A program made the position numbers and the translations under genes. The notes beneath the pieces were generated by a model. That model was not told the origin of the DNA. It saw only the letters and a program-made list of their open reading frames with translations, and did not search any database. DNA of 64,000 bases from an uncultured Pseudomonadota bacterium (GTDB lineage Bacteria > Pseudomonadota > Alphaproteobacteria > RF32 > CAG-239), in assembly GCA_902788365.1 (NCBI GenBank), contig CADAJN010000008.1, positions 2,331 through 66,330 of the forward strand, in the 5' to 3' direction. Of the stretch, positions 19,655 to 29,738 are shown piece by piece (within the stretch, counting starts at the first letter, position 1; each line of letters begins with the position of its first letter).

Positions 19655-20488
19655 ATGATGAAAGAAGATTTAATCACCTTAAAAAAGTTTTATTTGCAGG
19701 CAGTCGCGCAAATTCCTGCCGATTCGTTTTTTCACGAATCAATCAATCACAAATTTTGCCATTCTGTTGCGGTTTGGCAAACCGGTCGCAAAATTATGAC
19801 ACAAACACCGGAATTAGCCGACATTGATGCCGAATTTAAAACTTTAGCCGAACGTGCTTTGCTGTTCCACGATGTCGGACGCTTTCATGAGGCCGTTTGC
19901 CGCTATCGGGCTATGCAACAAAAAATATCCGTCAGCGCCGCCTCTAATAAATATGACCACGGCTTTATCGGCTATGATTTATTAAAAGATTTGCCACCAT
20001 ATAACGATTTGCGGATTTTGCTGGCCATCAAATATCATGGTAAAATGATGGAAGAAGTCCGCGCCTCTGAGCTATGGCAACAAGCCGAACAATCGCCGCT
20101 CGGTAATGACGCTGGAAAAATCCTCTATTTGGTGCGCGATGCCGACAAACTTGCCAACTTAGAGGTAATAAAAACCCAAAATCATCTGCAGCACGACATC
20201 TTTTTTAAATTACTGTCTGACGAAGCACGCCACGCACCAATCTCTGCCGTGGTTTGGCAACAATTTTTGGCCCGTCAAACTATTATATTTACCGATTTGC
20301 ACTCGTTTGCTGACCGCATTTTAATGGTTTTATCTTGGATTTTTGACCTTAACTATCAATATACTAAAAAAGCTTTTATTTCCGATGGTTACGCCAGATT
20401 TTTGCTTAATGAACTAGCTAAATATCACCCCAACAATAACGATTTAGACCGAATTACGCTTCTTATCAGCTCTATTTTCATAAAATAA
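19655..20488 (+). CDS. HD-domain protein
   Basis: HS, LLFHDVGRF, DHG, AIKYH, VRDADKL. Confidence 0.85.
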   Translation: MMKEDLITLKKFYLQAVAQIPADSFFHESINHKFCHSVAVWQTGRKIMTQTPELADIDAEFKTLAERALLFHDVGRFHEAVCRYRAMQQKISVSAASNKYDHGFIGYDLLKDLPPYNDLRILLAIKYHGKMMEEVRASELWQQAEQSPLGNDAGKILYLVRDADKLANLEVIKTQNHLQHDIFFKLLSDEARHAPISAVVWQQFLARQTIIFTDLHSFADRILMVLSWIFDLNYQYTKKAFISDGYARFLLNELAKYHPNNNDLDRITLLISSIFIK

Positions 20489-20664
20489 TCTAAAAAATCG
20501 TATTTGGCGCACTACTTATCCTTATTTTCGTCATCAAAATCACCAATTAGGATATGCCTAAACCATTTTTTCTGAAAAGCGATTGTTTCTTCAATAATAA
20601 CATCACATCCGTGCCAGCCGAAATGATTTTTGCCGCCAAATCCCATAAATTGCCGGCAATCTAT

Positions 20665-20768
20665 AAAATCCGGATAATGCGTCTAGAACGCTGTAACTTT
20701 TTGACGACGTGTACACAAATAGTACACGAGGAGAAAAGTTGCAAGTTATAGACCATTAGACGGATTTT
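20665..20768. repeat. About 104-bp palindromic element resembling Rickettsia palindromic elements (RPE)
   Basis: Long hairpin AAAATCCG...GTGTAC-ACAAATA-GTACAC GAGGAG...CGGATTTT; second copy at 49247-49369. Confidence 0.75.
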
Positions 20769-21199
20769 CTCCGCCGCAGGGCATTGACAACCGAACGCAA
20801 ATACCTTTCCATGGCAAATGTCACATCTTGTGCCGTGTGCAGTGCTTCCTTGGCGCCGCATGTCGGCTTACAAAAAATACTCCGCTCATTGGCTTCGGCA
20901 TAGCGTTGACGTAGCATATCACGCAAGGCATGCATATCACGAAGAGTTGCTTCCGGTGTTTTACGATAATATTTTTCAAAAATTTTGACAGCCAAATTTG
21001 TATAACATTCCTGCACCCGTTCGGCATAATTGATGCGCGTAAAATAGTCATCAGCCGGCAAACTTTCATCAGGGTCAATAAACTCGGCGCATTCGCTGAT
21101 ATCGCCGTCATATCGCTTGAGCTCTGCCTCGCTGACATCCAAAGCCGTCGCCGTTTGTGTCCATAATAACAGCCCCAAAATCAGTAATACTTTTTGCAT
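20756..21199 (-). CDS. Secreted helical hypothetical protein (4 Cys)
   Basis: Signal peptide MQKVLLILGLLLWTQTATA; start at 21199 after AGGAGG. Confidence 0.75.
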   Translation of the reverse strand: MQKVLLILGLLLWTQTATALDVSEAELKRYDGDISECAEFIDPDESLPADDYFTRINYAERVQECYTNLAVKIFEKYYRKTPEATLRDMHALRDMLRQRYAEANERSIFCKPTCGAKEALHTAQDVTFAMERYLRSVVNALRRRKSV

Positions 21200-21335
21200 T
21201 TTTTCCTCCTGTTTATTTGCAATTACGGTAAAATCATTTATGCCAAAAGTCAAGTCACAAATAAAAGCTGCAACAAAGCGCTTGATTTATTTATAAAATG
21301 TATTATTGTGTGGCTGAATAAGAAAGGATAAATCA

Positions 21336-21899
21336 ATGTTGCTATTTACAATTTTATTGTTAGGTTCAATGCTTTACACATGGCCGGCTTTGGCCAATCC
21401 GGCGTGTGCGGTTTGCACGGTCGGCGTAGCGGTCGGTCTGGAATTGGCGCGCAACTTAGGTGTTGATGACGGCGTCATTGCGGTTTGGGCCGGAGCATTG
21501 CTTGCACTTATCGGCTATTGGACAATTTTGTGGTTTGATAAAAAAGGCTGGCACTTTTGGGGGCGTAACATGCTTCTGATGATTTTATCCGTTTCAATGA
21601 TTGCCGGTGTTTATATTAAAGATTTGACCTACACCCCGCAACCGATTTTGATTTTCTATATGGATCCGTTTTTATTCTGTGCCATTATGGGGGCACTGAT
21701 TTTGATTTATTCGTCGGTTTTTTATCAATGGATGAAGACCAAAAACGGCGGTCACGCTCATTTTCCGTTTGAAAAAGTGGTTTTACCGATACTCGCTTTA
21801 ACCATCGCCGGATATGTTGTCAATTATCTGCAATTATGCCAACCGAATGCAACTGATGTTACGCTGAGCTTACCGGCCGACGGTTCCGATATTTTTTAA
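21336..21899 (+). CDS. Membrane protein with N-terminal CxxC
   Basis: ANPACAVCT, LGVDD, about 5 TM segments, FPFEKVVLP. Confidence 0.75.
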   Translation: MLLFTILLLGSMLYTWPALANPACAVCTVGVAVGLELARNLGVDDGVIAVWAGALLALIGYWTILWFDKKGWHFWGRNMLLMILSVSMIAGVYIKDLTYTPQPILIFYMDPFLFCAIMGALILIYSSVFYQWMKTKNGGHAHFPFEKVVLPILALTIAGYVVNYLQLCQPNATDVTLSLPADGSDIF

Positions 21900-21905
21900 G
21901 AACGG

Positions 21906-22286
21906 TTATTGCACACAAACAATTAAAATAATCAAATAGCAGGAAAAAGTCAGCCCTAATGTGTATCCGATTAAAGTCAGCAACATGCTGATTTGCGGGT
22001 GATTTTCAATATTAACAGCCGGAAATTTCCATGTTTTGGCCTTATGTGCCAATTCTTTGATATTACCGCGATGACGCACAATCAAAAACGCCGCATACAA
22101 AACCAAAACCGCTAAAATACCATAACCTAGCGGCTCGGCCAAAATCGGTGCCGCACGCAAACAATAAACCGCCGCGACGGCCAAAACCGCCATCACCAAA
22201 TACGGCAATCCGCGCCGAAAAATTACCGGATAATACGCCAAAATCAAAAAACCGAGCAGTATGCCCAAAATAACCCGTGCCACCAT
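21906..22286 (-). CDS. Hypothetical membrane protein
   Basis: 4 hydrophobic segments, RBS AGAGG. Confidence 0.7.
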   Translation of the reverse strand: MVARVILGILLGFLILAYYPVIFRRGLPYLVMAVLAVAAVYCLRAAPILAEPLGYGILAVLVLYAAFLIVRHRGNIKELAHKAKTWKFPAVNIENHPQISMLLTLIGYTLGLTFSCYLIILIVCVQ

Positions 22287-22430
22287 AATTACCTCTTTTT
22301 TAAGCCATTATGCGCCGTTTTACCGCAAAAAACAACACTTTTATTGTTGCAATTTTATCATTATCGTTTTATTAAGATATAAATGTTACTTTATAAAAAA
22401 GATTATTTAGGCAAATTTGCGGTTAATAAA

Positions 22431-22751
22431 ATGAACGCTTTTCAAGTATTAGACGATAATTATAATATACAAAACAACAGTTTTTTGTATTATCTGCGTG
22501 AAAAAAGCATTTTTAATAAAGAAGCTTTTAAGCAGCTTTATGACAGTATTTATGCTCTTGCCGAACAAAATGTTGAAATTTCCGCCGTTGCCCTAAAAAT
22601 CCATATCGTCCATTACCGAATCATTGAAGCATTGATGTATCATTTTGATGCTGACGATGCTTACAAAATCACAAATTTGCCGGAAAATTATAATAAAATA
22701 TTAGCTCAGTTAGAAAAAGCGGTCGTTTTTTACTTTCAAACCCGCATTTAA
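22431..22751 (+). CDS. Putative polymorphic-toxin immunity protein (Imm41-like)
   Basis: NSFLYYLRE..IF....F..L and HFDADDAYKI.N resemble Imm41 as recalled; start uncertain (22383 or 22431). Confidence 0.55.
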   Translation: MNAFQVLDDNYNIQNNSFLYYLREKSIFNKEAFKQLYDSIYALAEQNVEISAVALKIHIVHYRIIEALMYHFDADDAYKITNLPENYNKILAQLEKAVVFYFQTRI

Positions 22752-22760
22752 CAATCGCGC

Positions 22761-22919
22761 TTAGTGTAAAAACATCGGCAACACATAAAAATAAGCCACA
22801 TAGGCCAATCCGCCCAAAATTGCCAACATCATCAAATAATACGGGATTTTGATGATAAACTTAATCAGCATCAATGCTATAATCGCCGCAACGCCATAAA
22901 ATAAAAGTGTTGTATTCAT
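22761..22919 (-). CDS. 52-aa two-TM small membrane protein (not in the ORF track)
   Basis: MNTTLLFYGVAAIIALMLIKFIIKIPYYLMMLAILGGLAYVAYFYVLPMFLH*, GAAAGG RBS, starts 14 nt after the lptG stop. Confidence 0.7.
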   Translation of the reverse strand: MNTTLLFYGVAAIIALMLIKFIIKIPYYLMMLAILGGLAYVAYFYVLPMFLH

Positions 22920-22933
22920 TTTTTTGCCTTTCG

Positions 22934-24043
22934 TTAAACTTCATCAGTGCGTATCAAAAGCGATGACGCAATTAAAATGATAATAATCGTCGGTGCCGAA
23001 ACCGCCAACCACACGGGAATATAGCCATTCACCCCAAAGGCATAAACCACTTGTGATAAAAAGTATATGGAAAACCCAACGCCGATACTGATAACAACGC
23101 GCCACATAATTGCCGAACCGCGTAAAGTATTTTGCAGCATAAACACCGCCGCCATCATCAACATACCGATCAGTAAAAACGGTGATATTAACAAATTCAA
23201 ATAGCGCATCCAATGTTGCCGCGCCGAAAAACCGGCATTTTCATAAAAAGCGATTGTATCCGGTAACTGCCAAAAAGAAATAGCATCAGGATCAATAAAG
23301 TTTTCTTTAATCCGTTGCATATCAATATTTGTTTTATATTCAAAATCAGCCATGGTTTTCACCGGTTGTCCGCCAATCAGCATCTTAACATCTTTCAAAT
23401 GAAACGTTTGCCCTTCCAAAGTGGCAAAATAAGCTTCATACGATTTACTGATTTGTGTCTGACTGTTTAATTCGGTAATACTGACATCACGCATCCACAA
23501 AGAATCATCGCTTTCCTGACGCAATTTTTTAGCCTGCAACAGCAAAACCTTACCTTCGCCGATAGCCTCGCGTATCCACAGCCCTTTACTTGAAAACAGC
23601 ACCGCATTTGGATTGCGGCTAGTTAGGCGATAGCTGAGCACTTCGTGCCATTCAAACATTTTAGCCGCCACCGGATTAAACAACATTATATTAACCAACC
23701 CGAGTATAAACGCCGTAATAATCAACGGCCGCAAAAAGCCGAAAATTGACACACCGGCAACCCGAATAATCACAAATTCATTATTTTTGCTGAGACGCCA
23801 AAACGTAATCATCGCCGCAACCATCAACACAAACGGAATCACTATCTCCACGGTTTTGGCGATTCGCGTTACGGCATATTGCGCGGCAAACCACATTGTA
23901 ACATCTTCGCGACCGGAAATTCGCCGCAAAGACTCTATGCTGTCAAACAGCAAAATAACGCCCAAAATAGCAAAAAACACCAAAAAGAAATTTGCTAAAA
24001 ATTGTCGTGTCACATATTTGCCTAAAATTGAAAAAAAGTTCAT
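22934..24043 (-). CDS. lptG: LPS export ABC transporter permease LptF/LptG
   Basis: ILGKYV, LSKNNEFVIIRVAGVS, GLWIRE, 3+3 TM layout. Confidence 0.88.
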   Translation of the reverse strand: MNFFSILGKYVTRQFLANFFLVFFAILGVILLFDSIESLRRISGREDVTMWFAAQYAVTRIAKTVEIVIPFVLMVAAMITFWRLSKNNEFVIIRVAGVSIFGFLRPLIITAFILGLVNIMLFNPVAAKMFEWHEVLSYRLTSRNPNAVLFSSKGLWIREAIGEGKVLLLQAKKLRQESDDSLWMRDVSITELNSQTQISKSYEAYFATLEGQTFHLKDVKMLIGGQPVKTMADFEYKTNIDMQRIKENFIDPDAISFWQLPDTIAFYENAGFSARQHWMRYLNLLISPFLLIGMLMMAAVFMLQNTLRGSAIMWRVVISIGVGFSIYFLSQVVYAFGVNGYIPVWLAVSAPTIIIILIASSLLIRTDEV

Positions 24044-24987
24044 GACGTTTCCCGCTGAGTTGATTGAAAAAATTCATCTGACAAATAACGCTCAATGCTG
24101 TCGGGCAAAACCACCACAATGTTTTTACCGCTCATTTCCTCACGTTTGGCTAAATCAACCGCCGCCACCAATGCCGCCGCGGCCGAAACTCCGACCGGCA
24201 AACCCTCGGTCTGCGCCGCAGTTTGCGTCATTTGCATAGCTTGCTTGGTTGAAACCTTAAACACCTCATTAACCAAATTGTCCCGATATAAAGGCGGCAC
24301 AAATCCGGCGCCGATACCGCCGATTCGGTGAACACCTTTTGCTTCACCGCTTAAAACCGCGCTTTCACTTGGCTCCACCGCCATCACAAATAAATCCGGC
24401 ACACACGATTTTATCGTCGTAGCCAAACCCGATATTGTGCCGGCGGTTCCCACGCCGCAAACAATGGCGTCAACATTTCCGCCGGTGTCTTCTATAATTT
24501 CCGCGGCGGTTGTCAACTGGTGAGCTTCCACATTGGCCAAATTTTCAAATTGTTTAAACTCTATCAAATTATTGTGCCGAGCTTTCAGCATCTCTACTTT
24601 TTTCAGAGCTCCCGCCATACCTTCTTCGGCCGGAGTCAACAAAACTTCGCTGCCAAACTGGCGAATAAGCGCAATCTTCTCCGGCGCCATATTTTCCGGC
24701 ATCACAATAACCAACTTATAGCCGTAATAAGCACAAAACGCCGCTAAACCGATTCCCGTATTTCCCGAAGTGGCTTCAATAAAAACCGTTTCTGTGTTAA
24801 TTTTGGAAAACGGTGCTTTTTTAATCATATTGAGCGCCACACGATCCTTAATTGAAAACAACGGATTATAAAATTCGCATTTAGCGAGCAATCTTCCGCC
24901 AAGTGTCAGCTTTTGCTCCAATTTATGGAGCCGCAACAACGGCGTTTGCCCAACTAATTCTTCAATGGAATCATATATTTTGCGCAT
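24040..24987 (-). CDS. cysK: Cysteine synthase (PLP-dependent)
   Basis: GQTPL, KCEFYNPLFSIKDRVA, EATSGNTGIGLA, GVGTAGT, PDS.ERYLS. Confidence 0.93.
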   Translation of the reverse strand: MRKIYDSIEELVGQTPLLRLHKLEQKLTLGGRLLAKCEFYNPLFSIKDRVALNMIKKAPFSKINTETVFIEATSGNTGIGLAAFCAYYGYKLVIVMPENMAPEKIALIRQFGSEVLLTPAEEGMAGALKKVEMLKARHNNLIEFKQFENLANVEAHQLTTAAEIIEDTGGNVDAIVCGVGTAGTISGLATTIKSCVPDLFVMAVEPSESAVLSGEAKGVHRIGGIGAGFVPPLYRDNLVNEVFKVSTKQAMQMTQTAAQTEGLPVGVSAAAALVAAVDLAKREEMSGKNIVVVLPDSIERYLSDEFFQSTQRETS

Positions 24988-24990
24988 TTT

Positions 24991-25380
24991 TTATTTCACC
25001 CTGACCAAAAAATTCTTAAATCCCGTTTTTTGTGTGGCATTAAAATTAACAGCTTCAACTAAAATATCGTCTATTTTGCACCATTGCAACGGGGTGTTTT
25101 CAATTTCCGCACCATTTACATCAAACACCAAATATCGCTGTTTTTCGCAAATAAACTGTCCGTTTTCATAAATGTTTGCACTAATTTCAAACTGCACCGT
25201 CGGCTCATGATTTAAGCCGACCGTTTCTGTATCCGGAAAAGAATACAAACCGCTTTCTTCATCATAACAACACACCACTTCATCGGCTTTTTTGACAACA
25301 ACAAACGTCCGTTCGCGCGTTATCACCTGCTGATGATCACCGCGGTGTAACAATCCGTAGTTATCAACAAAACTAACCAT
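24991..25380 (-). CDS. Hypothetical protein
   Basis: Fills the gap between gmk and cysK with coupled ends; start at ATG 25380. Confidence 0.65.
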   Translation of the reverse strand: MVSFVDNYGLLHRGDHQQVITRERTFVVVKKADEVVCCYDEESGLYSFPDTETVGLNHEPTVQFEISANIYENGQFICEKQRYLVFDVNGAEIENTPLQWCKIDDILVEAVNFNATQKTGFKNFLVRVK

Positions 25381-26035
25381 TTTTAACCTCATCAATCAAA
25401 CTTTGCGTAAAAGCTTTCAGGCCGGTTTGTCTGGTGCGTTTCATCCGCTCGGCAAAAAAGATTTTCTGAATCGTTTCAACCGCCTGTTCCGGATTAAGGC
25501 AAATCATCACATAATCATATTCGGGCCAGTGTTGCATTTTTTCCAATACCATTCCCATGCGCTTATTGATAATTTCTTGACTATCGGTATGCCGGCCTTC
25601 CAAACGGCGGCGCAGTTCTTTAATTGACGGCGGCAGCATATAAATTGAAACAACATCATGCGGTGCCTTAGATTTTACCTGCTTTAAGCCGACCCAATCC
25701 ATGTCAAAAATCACATCTTGCCCCACATTTAAAAAGCCGTCCACTTCGGAACGCAATGTGCCGTATCTTCCGCCGTATTGCGAATTAACCGTTTCATAAA
25801 AGGCATCTTCCGCCAGCAATTTATCATATTCGGCATCGCTCACATAGTGATAATCCACCCCGTCAACTTCTCCCTCGCGACGTGCCCGCGTGGTTACCGA
25901 AACCGAAAACTTCAAATTTTTATCTTGTTCCAACAGTTTTTTAATAACTGTTGTTTTACCGGTGCCGGACGGCGCTTCAATCACAAACATAACGCCCCGA
26001 CGCACTTTATCCAGTTTTTCCAAAATATCTGTCAT
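25373..26035 (-). CDS. gmk: Guanylate kinase
   Basis: APSGTGKTT, SVSVTTR..REGEVDGVDYHYV, YGT, LPPSIKELRRRL; start at ATG 26035. Confidence 0.96.
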   Translation of the reverse strand: MTDILEKLDKVRRGVMFVIEAPSGTGKTTVIKKLLEQDKNLKFSVSVTTRARREGEVDGVDYHYVSDAEYDKLLAEDAFYETVNSQYGGRYGTLRSEVDGFLNVGQDVIFDMDWVGLKQVKSKAPHDVVSIYMLPPSIKELRRRLEGRHTDSQEIINKRMGMVLEKMQHWPEYDYVMICLNPEQAVETIQKIFFAERMKRTRQTGLKAFTQSLIDEVKNG

Positions 26036-26117
26036 TTCTTCCTCTTGCAAAATAAATCTGGCTGTATTATAAAACAATAAAATAAAGTATTGCAACAAAT
26101 AATAATAAGGAAATCAC

Positions 26118-26876
26118 ATGAAAAAACATGCAAATATCTTAATCACCGGTGCATCTTCGGGCATCGGTGAAGCTTTGGCGCAATATTATGCCGCCCACGG
26201 CGCCGAAAAGCTGTTTTTAAGCGGCCGCAATACCGAACGTTTGGCACAAGTGGCAGAGCGTTGCCAAAGAGCCGGCGCCAAAGTTTATACTCGGCAAATA
26301 GATGTCACCGATCGCGAAGCCATGCAAAATTGGCTGAACGAATGCCAAAAAATTGCCGATTTAAACCTTGTATTTGCCAACGCCGGCGTTTCTACCGGCG
26401 AGGAAACACCCGAAAATATATATAATACTTTTTCAACTAACATCATGGGAGTTTTAAACACCATAACGCCGGTGATTGAGCGCTATAAACAACGTGCGGA
26501 TAATGATAAAATCATTGCCATAACCGCCTCTATTGCCGGTTATCACGGCCTTTGTGCCTGCCCGTCATACAGCGCCACAAAGGCTTGCGTTAAGGCCTAC
26601 GGCGAGGCTTTGCGCGGTGCTCTGCAGTCATACGGCATTCAGGTAAACGTGATATGCCCCGGCTTTGTAAAATCGCGCATTACCGATAAAAACACTTGTC
26701 CGATGCCTTTTTTCATGAGTGCCGAAAAAGCGGCGGAAATTATTGCCGCACGCATAGATAAAAACATCGGACTGATTGCATTTCCATGGCCGATGCGTTT
26801 TGCCACTTGGTTGCTTTCAATTTTACCAAACCGCCTCAGTGACTTTATTTACGCCAAATTACCGCATAAGGTTTAG
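26118..26876 (+). CDS. Short-chain dehydrogenase/reductase
   Basis: TGASSGIG, ANAG, YSATK, PGFVKS. Confidence 0.93.
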   Translation: MKKHANILITGASSGIGEALAQYYAAHGAEKLFLSGRNTERLAQVAERCQRAGAKVYTRQIDVTDREAMQNWLNECQKIADLNLVFANAGVSTGEETPENIYNTFSTNIMGVLNTITPVIERYKQRADNDKIIAITASIAGYHGLCACPSYSATKACVKAYGEALRGALQSYGIQVNVICPGFVKSRITDKNTCPMPFFMSAEKAAEIIAARIDKNIGLIAFPWPMRFATWLLSILPNRLSDFIYAKLPHKV

Positions 26877-26899
26877 CTTTGTGCCAAAAGGACTTTGCC

Positions 26900-28615
26900 A
26901 TGCCAAAATTTTCCCGTTTTCTTGATTTTATTTTATTTCATAACCTGATTATGGCCACTTTATTTGTGCTTATCGGTATCACAATCAGCCTTTGTCTGCG
27001 CTATGAAATCATCATTGATTTATACAATTATCACTATTTTGTGCCGTGGGCTTTCTTGCATAACCGCACTTTCACCGATATTGCATTGGCTGCCGAAAAC
27101 AGTTATCACAATCCGCTGATTGATATCCCTATATATTTATTGGTTAAATACTTTAACCATCAACCTTGGGTTTACTACACTTATTTCGGTGTTTTCTGGG
27201 GCTTATTGATTTTTGTTTTCTATAAAATCTGCCGCAATATTTTACAACCGAGCCAAAAGGCCGAGCTTTTCTTAGCTCTGATTATCGCCATGACCGGCTT
27301 TGCTACCTTAAGCCAAATCGGCACCTCGTCCCAAGAGGTAATTTTGGCCTTAGGCACAATGACCACACTTTATTGGTTACACAAAGAAATTTTCATAACT
27401 GCCAAAGAACGCCCTTTAGTTATTTCGGCGGCAGGGTTTTTGCTTGGCGCCATGTTCGGTTTTAAATATACGGCGGTCACATATTGCTTGGGTGCCGGTT
27501 TTACCCTGATTTTATTTTTCAAATATTTGCGCCACCCGATTAAAACCGTTTTTTACTTTGCGCTGGGCGGTATTCTTGGCTTTTTATGTATTGACGGTTT
27601 TTGGATGTGGCGCTTATATCAAGAATTTGGCAATCCGCTGTTTCCGTATTTGAATAACATTTTCAAATCCGATTACATTGACGCCAAAATGTTCAGCTAC
27701 AACAGCGTTCTTTATAAAAAGAGTTCTTTAGATTACCTGATTTTTCCGTATTTGGTTTCTTTTAATCAAGAAAACCGCATTGCCGCCGAAGCCTTTTATC
27801 GTGACCCGCGCTTTGCCATCGGCTACAGCTTATTGCTCATTGCCGCCATATCTTATTTGTGGTCTTTGATAACCCCCAAAAAACGCCAATTAAATGTCGG
27901 CACTTTGTTTTTAGTCGTGTTTGCATTTGTCAGTTATGTGGTGTGGCTGTTTATTCTGCCGATTATGCGCTATGCCATTCCGATAGAACTGCTGATTGCT
28001 ATATTAGGCGTTATGTATTTCTTCACCCTCAAGCCAAAATCAGCAATAGGTTTTGCTTTATGGTGCAGCGCCGGATTGATTATGCTGTTTACGCTTTTTG
28101 CCGGCTTACCTTACCCGAATTGGGGACAGAGGTTAGGAGAAACACAGATATTATATAAAAATAATGTGCACCTGCCGCAAAATTCGTTAATATTAACCGT
28201 CAATTACGGCACCGGTGCGACTGCGGCACGCATTGCCGAAAACAATCCGGATGTAAAATTTGCCAACATTACCACGCCTTTCACAATGGAAGGCACCAAG
28301 TTGGCGCAAAAAATAGAACAATATAAAAAAAACAGCGACTACATTGCCTATATGGCGGTTGTAAAAACACCGTTAACCGCGTTTGATTATCACACACCGA
28401 CCAAATATGTGTTTGTAGATAAACGTATGAAAAACTCGTATGAAAACATTCGTTATATTCTTCAAAACGCCATCGGAATTGATAAGTTTTATTGCCAAGA
28501 CATATCAAATGCGCCACACATGCTTAAAGTATTTTTATGCATAGATAAAAAAGACAAGCACACCGTTTTTCCGTCGTCACAGCGGTCTGTAATATTAAAG
28601 CCGCGAAATAAATAG
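26900..28615 (+). CDS. Multi-TM GT-C-fold glycosyltransferase-like membrane protein
   Basis: DLYNYH, YHNPLID, GFKYT, FGNPLFPYLNNIFKS, RDPR, RYAIP; many TM segments. Confidence 0.7.
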   Translation: MPKFSRFLDFILFHNLIMATLFVLIGITISLCLRYEIIIDLYNYHYFVPWAFLHNRTFTDIALAAENSYHNPLIDIPIYLLVKYFNHQPWVYYTYFGVFWGLLIFVFYKICRNILQPSQKAELFLALIIAMTGFATLSQIGTSSQEVILALGTMTTLYWLHKEIFITAKERPLVISAAGFLLGAMFGFKYTAVTYCLGAGFTLILFFKYLRHPIKTVFYFALGGILGFLCIDGFWMWRLYQEFGNPLFPYLNNIFKSDYIDAKMFSYNSVLYKKSSLDYLIFPYLVSFNQENRIAAEAFYRDPRFAIGYSLLLIAAISYLWSLITPKKRQLNVGTLFLVVFAFVSYVVWLFILPIMRYAIPIELLIAILGVMYFFTLKPKSAIGFALWCSAGLIMLFTLFAGLPYPNWGQRLGETQILYKNNVHLPQNSLILTVNYGTGATAARIAENNPDVKFANITTPFTMEGTKLAQKIEQYKKNSDYIAYMAVVKTPLTAFDYHTPTKYVFVDKRMKNSYENIRYILQNAIGIDKFYCQDISNAPHMLKVFLCIDKKDKHTVFPSSQRSVILKPRNK

Positions 28616-28646
28616 TCACATCGTTGCGCTTTATATGCGTTTTTAC

Positions 28647-29525
28647 TTACCTGTTAATAAAGTTTCTGATACGAAAATATTGCAACATAATCAGAAACAG
28701 ACACAGTCTTTTTCTAAAAGATTGTTTATCCGGATTATTCAAACGTCTTTTTATCAACGTCAAATAAACGATTTGTATGCCATAAAGCCACTCTTTTGAT
28801 GATAACAAAGCGTATTTGTTAATACTTGAAAACAATCTCTTAAAGCGAGACATATTTCCCCAAATACCGAGAAAACCGGAAAGCTCCAACAACAGTGACG
28901 CCATATCTTCACTGATGTGACCGTATCGTAACATTTCTCCGTCTATTATATGAAAACTTCCATCTGCCGCCAGCAATATATTATTGGCCATCAAGTCGCC
29001 ATGAATCAAATTATGCGTTTCCGGAAAATAAACCAATTCTCTTTTTAATAACGCCATAATCTTGGCATATAAAATAGAAAATACGTTTTTTTTTGTTTCT
29101 TTTAAGGCCGTTTCTGCCTCAGTAAACAGCACATTTATATCAATCATCGAATAGATAACCGTGCTATCCGGTTTGCAATTCAATATTTTTTGGTAGTTAT
29201 GCCATAAACACTCAATAACCGCTTCCGTGCAATCTCTGTAATGTATTTTATGACCGTCTATAAATTGCGTAAGCAAAAATTTATATTCCCTAAAATCTTC
29301 GCTTTTGCTTTCATATAACACACCGTATAATCTGCAAAATTCTTTGATTTTATAGAAAGCGCCTTTATCTTCCAGTAACTTTAAAAAATATTTTCCTTTT
29401 GTCGTTATAACACAAAAATTATACGATGAACCACCTGTATATATTTCATACATATCTTTATATTCTGAAGGAAAAAGATTTTTTTCAACAAACCTTTGCA
29501 GTTCGGTATAATGTGAAAATTTCAT
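28647..29525 (-). CDS. Aminoglycoside phosphotransferase / choline-kinase-like phosphotransferase
   Basis: GGSSYNF, YFLK, LIHGDLMANNIL, IIDGE; AT-rich. Confidence 0.8.
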   Translation of the reverse strand: MKFSHYTELQRFVEKNLFPSEYKDMYEIYTGGSSYNFCVITTKGKYFLKLLEDKGAFYKIKEFCRLYGVLYESKSEDFREYKFLLTQFIDGHKIHYRDCTEAVIECLWHNYQKILNCKPDSTVIYSMIDINVLFTEAETALKETKKNVFSILYAKIMALLKRELVYFPETHNLIHGDLMANNILLAADGSFHIIDGEMLRYGHISEDMASLLLELSGFLGIWGNMSRFKRLFSSINKYALLSSKEWLYGIQIVYLTLIKRRLNNPDKQSFRKRLCLFLIMLQYFRIRNFINR

Positions 29526-29621
29526 GGTTAAACTTTCAATACAGTATAATAACACTGGCAGTAATATACAAAAAAGTGTTTAATATAGAGTAAACCCGCT
29601 TTTTGCCTATATGATTTTGCA

Positions 29622-29659
29622 AAATAAAAAACGCCCAAAGGGCGTTTCTTTATTGGCGG
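29622..29659. repeat. Displaced tRNA-Ser downstream terminator plus TTGGCGG core (left island junction, att-like)
   Basis: AAATAAAAAACGCCCAAAGGGCGTTTCTTTATTGGCGG nearly identical to 35301-35341. Confidence 0.85.
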
Positions 29660-29738
29660 GCAGCATCGTGCAATCTACGGACCAATAGGTAAAATAAAAA
29701 ATGCTTATATTTTGATATTTTCAAATTCGTCCAGATGT

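Noticed and set aside
28647-29525. Aminoglycoside resistance gene, or part of the tRNA island
   Set aside because: Only generic APH/choline-kinase motifs, and it lies outside the left att-like junction; envelope modification is equally plausible.
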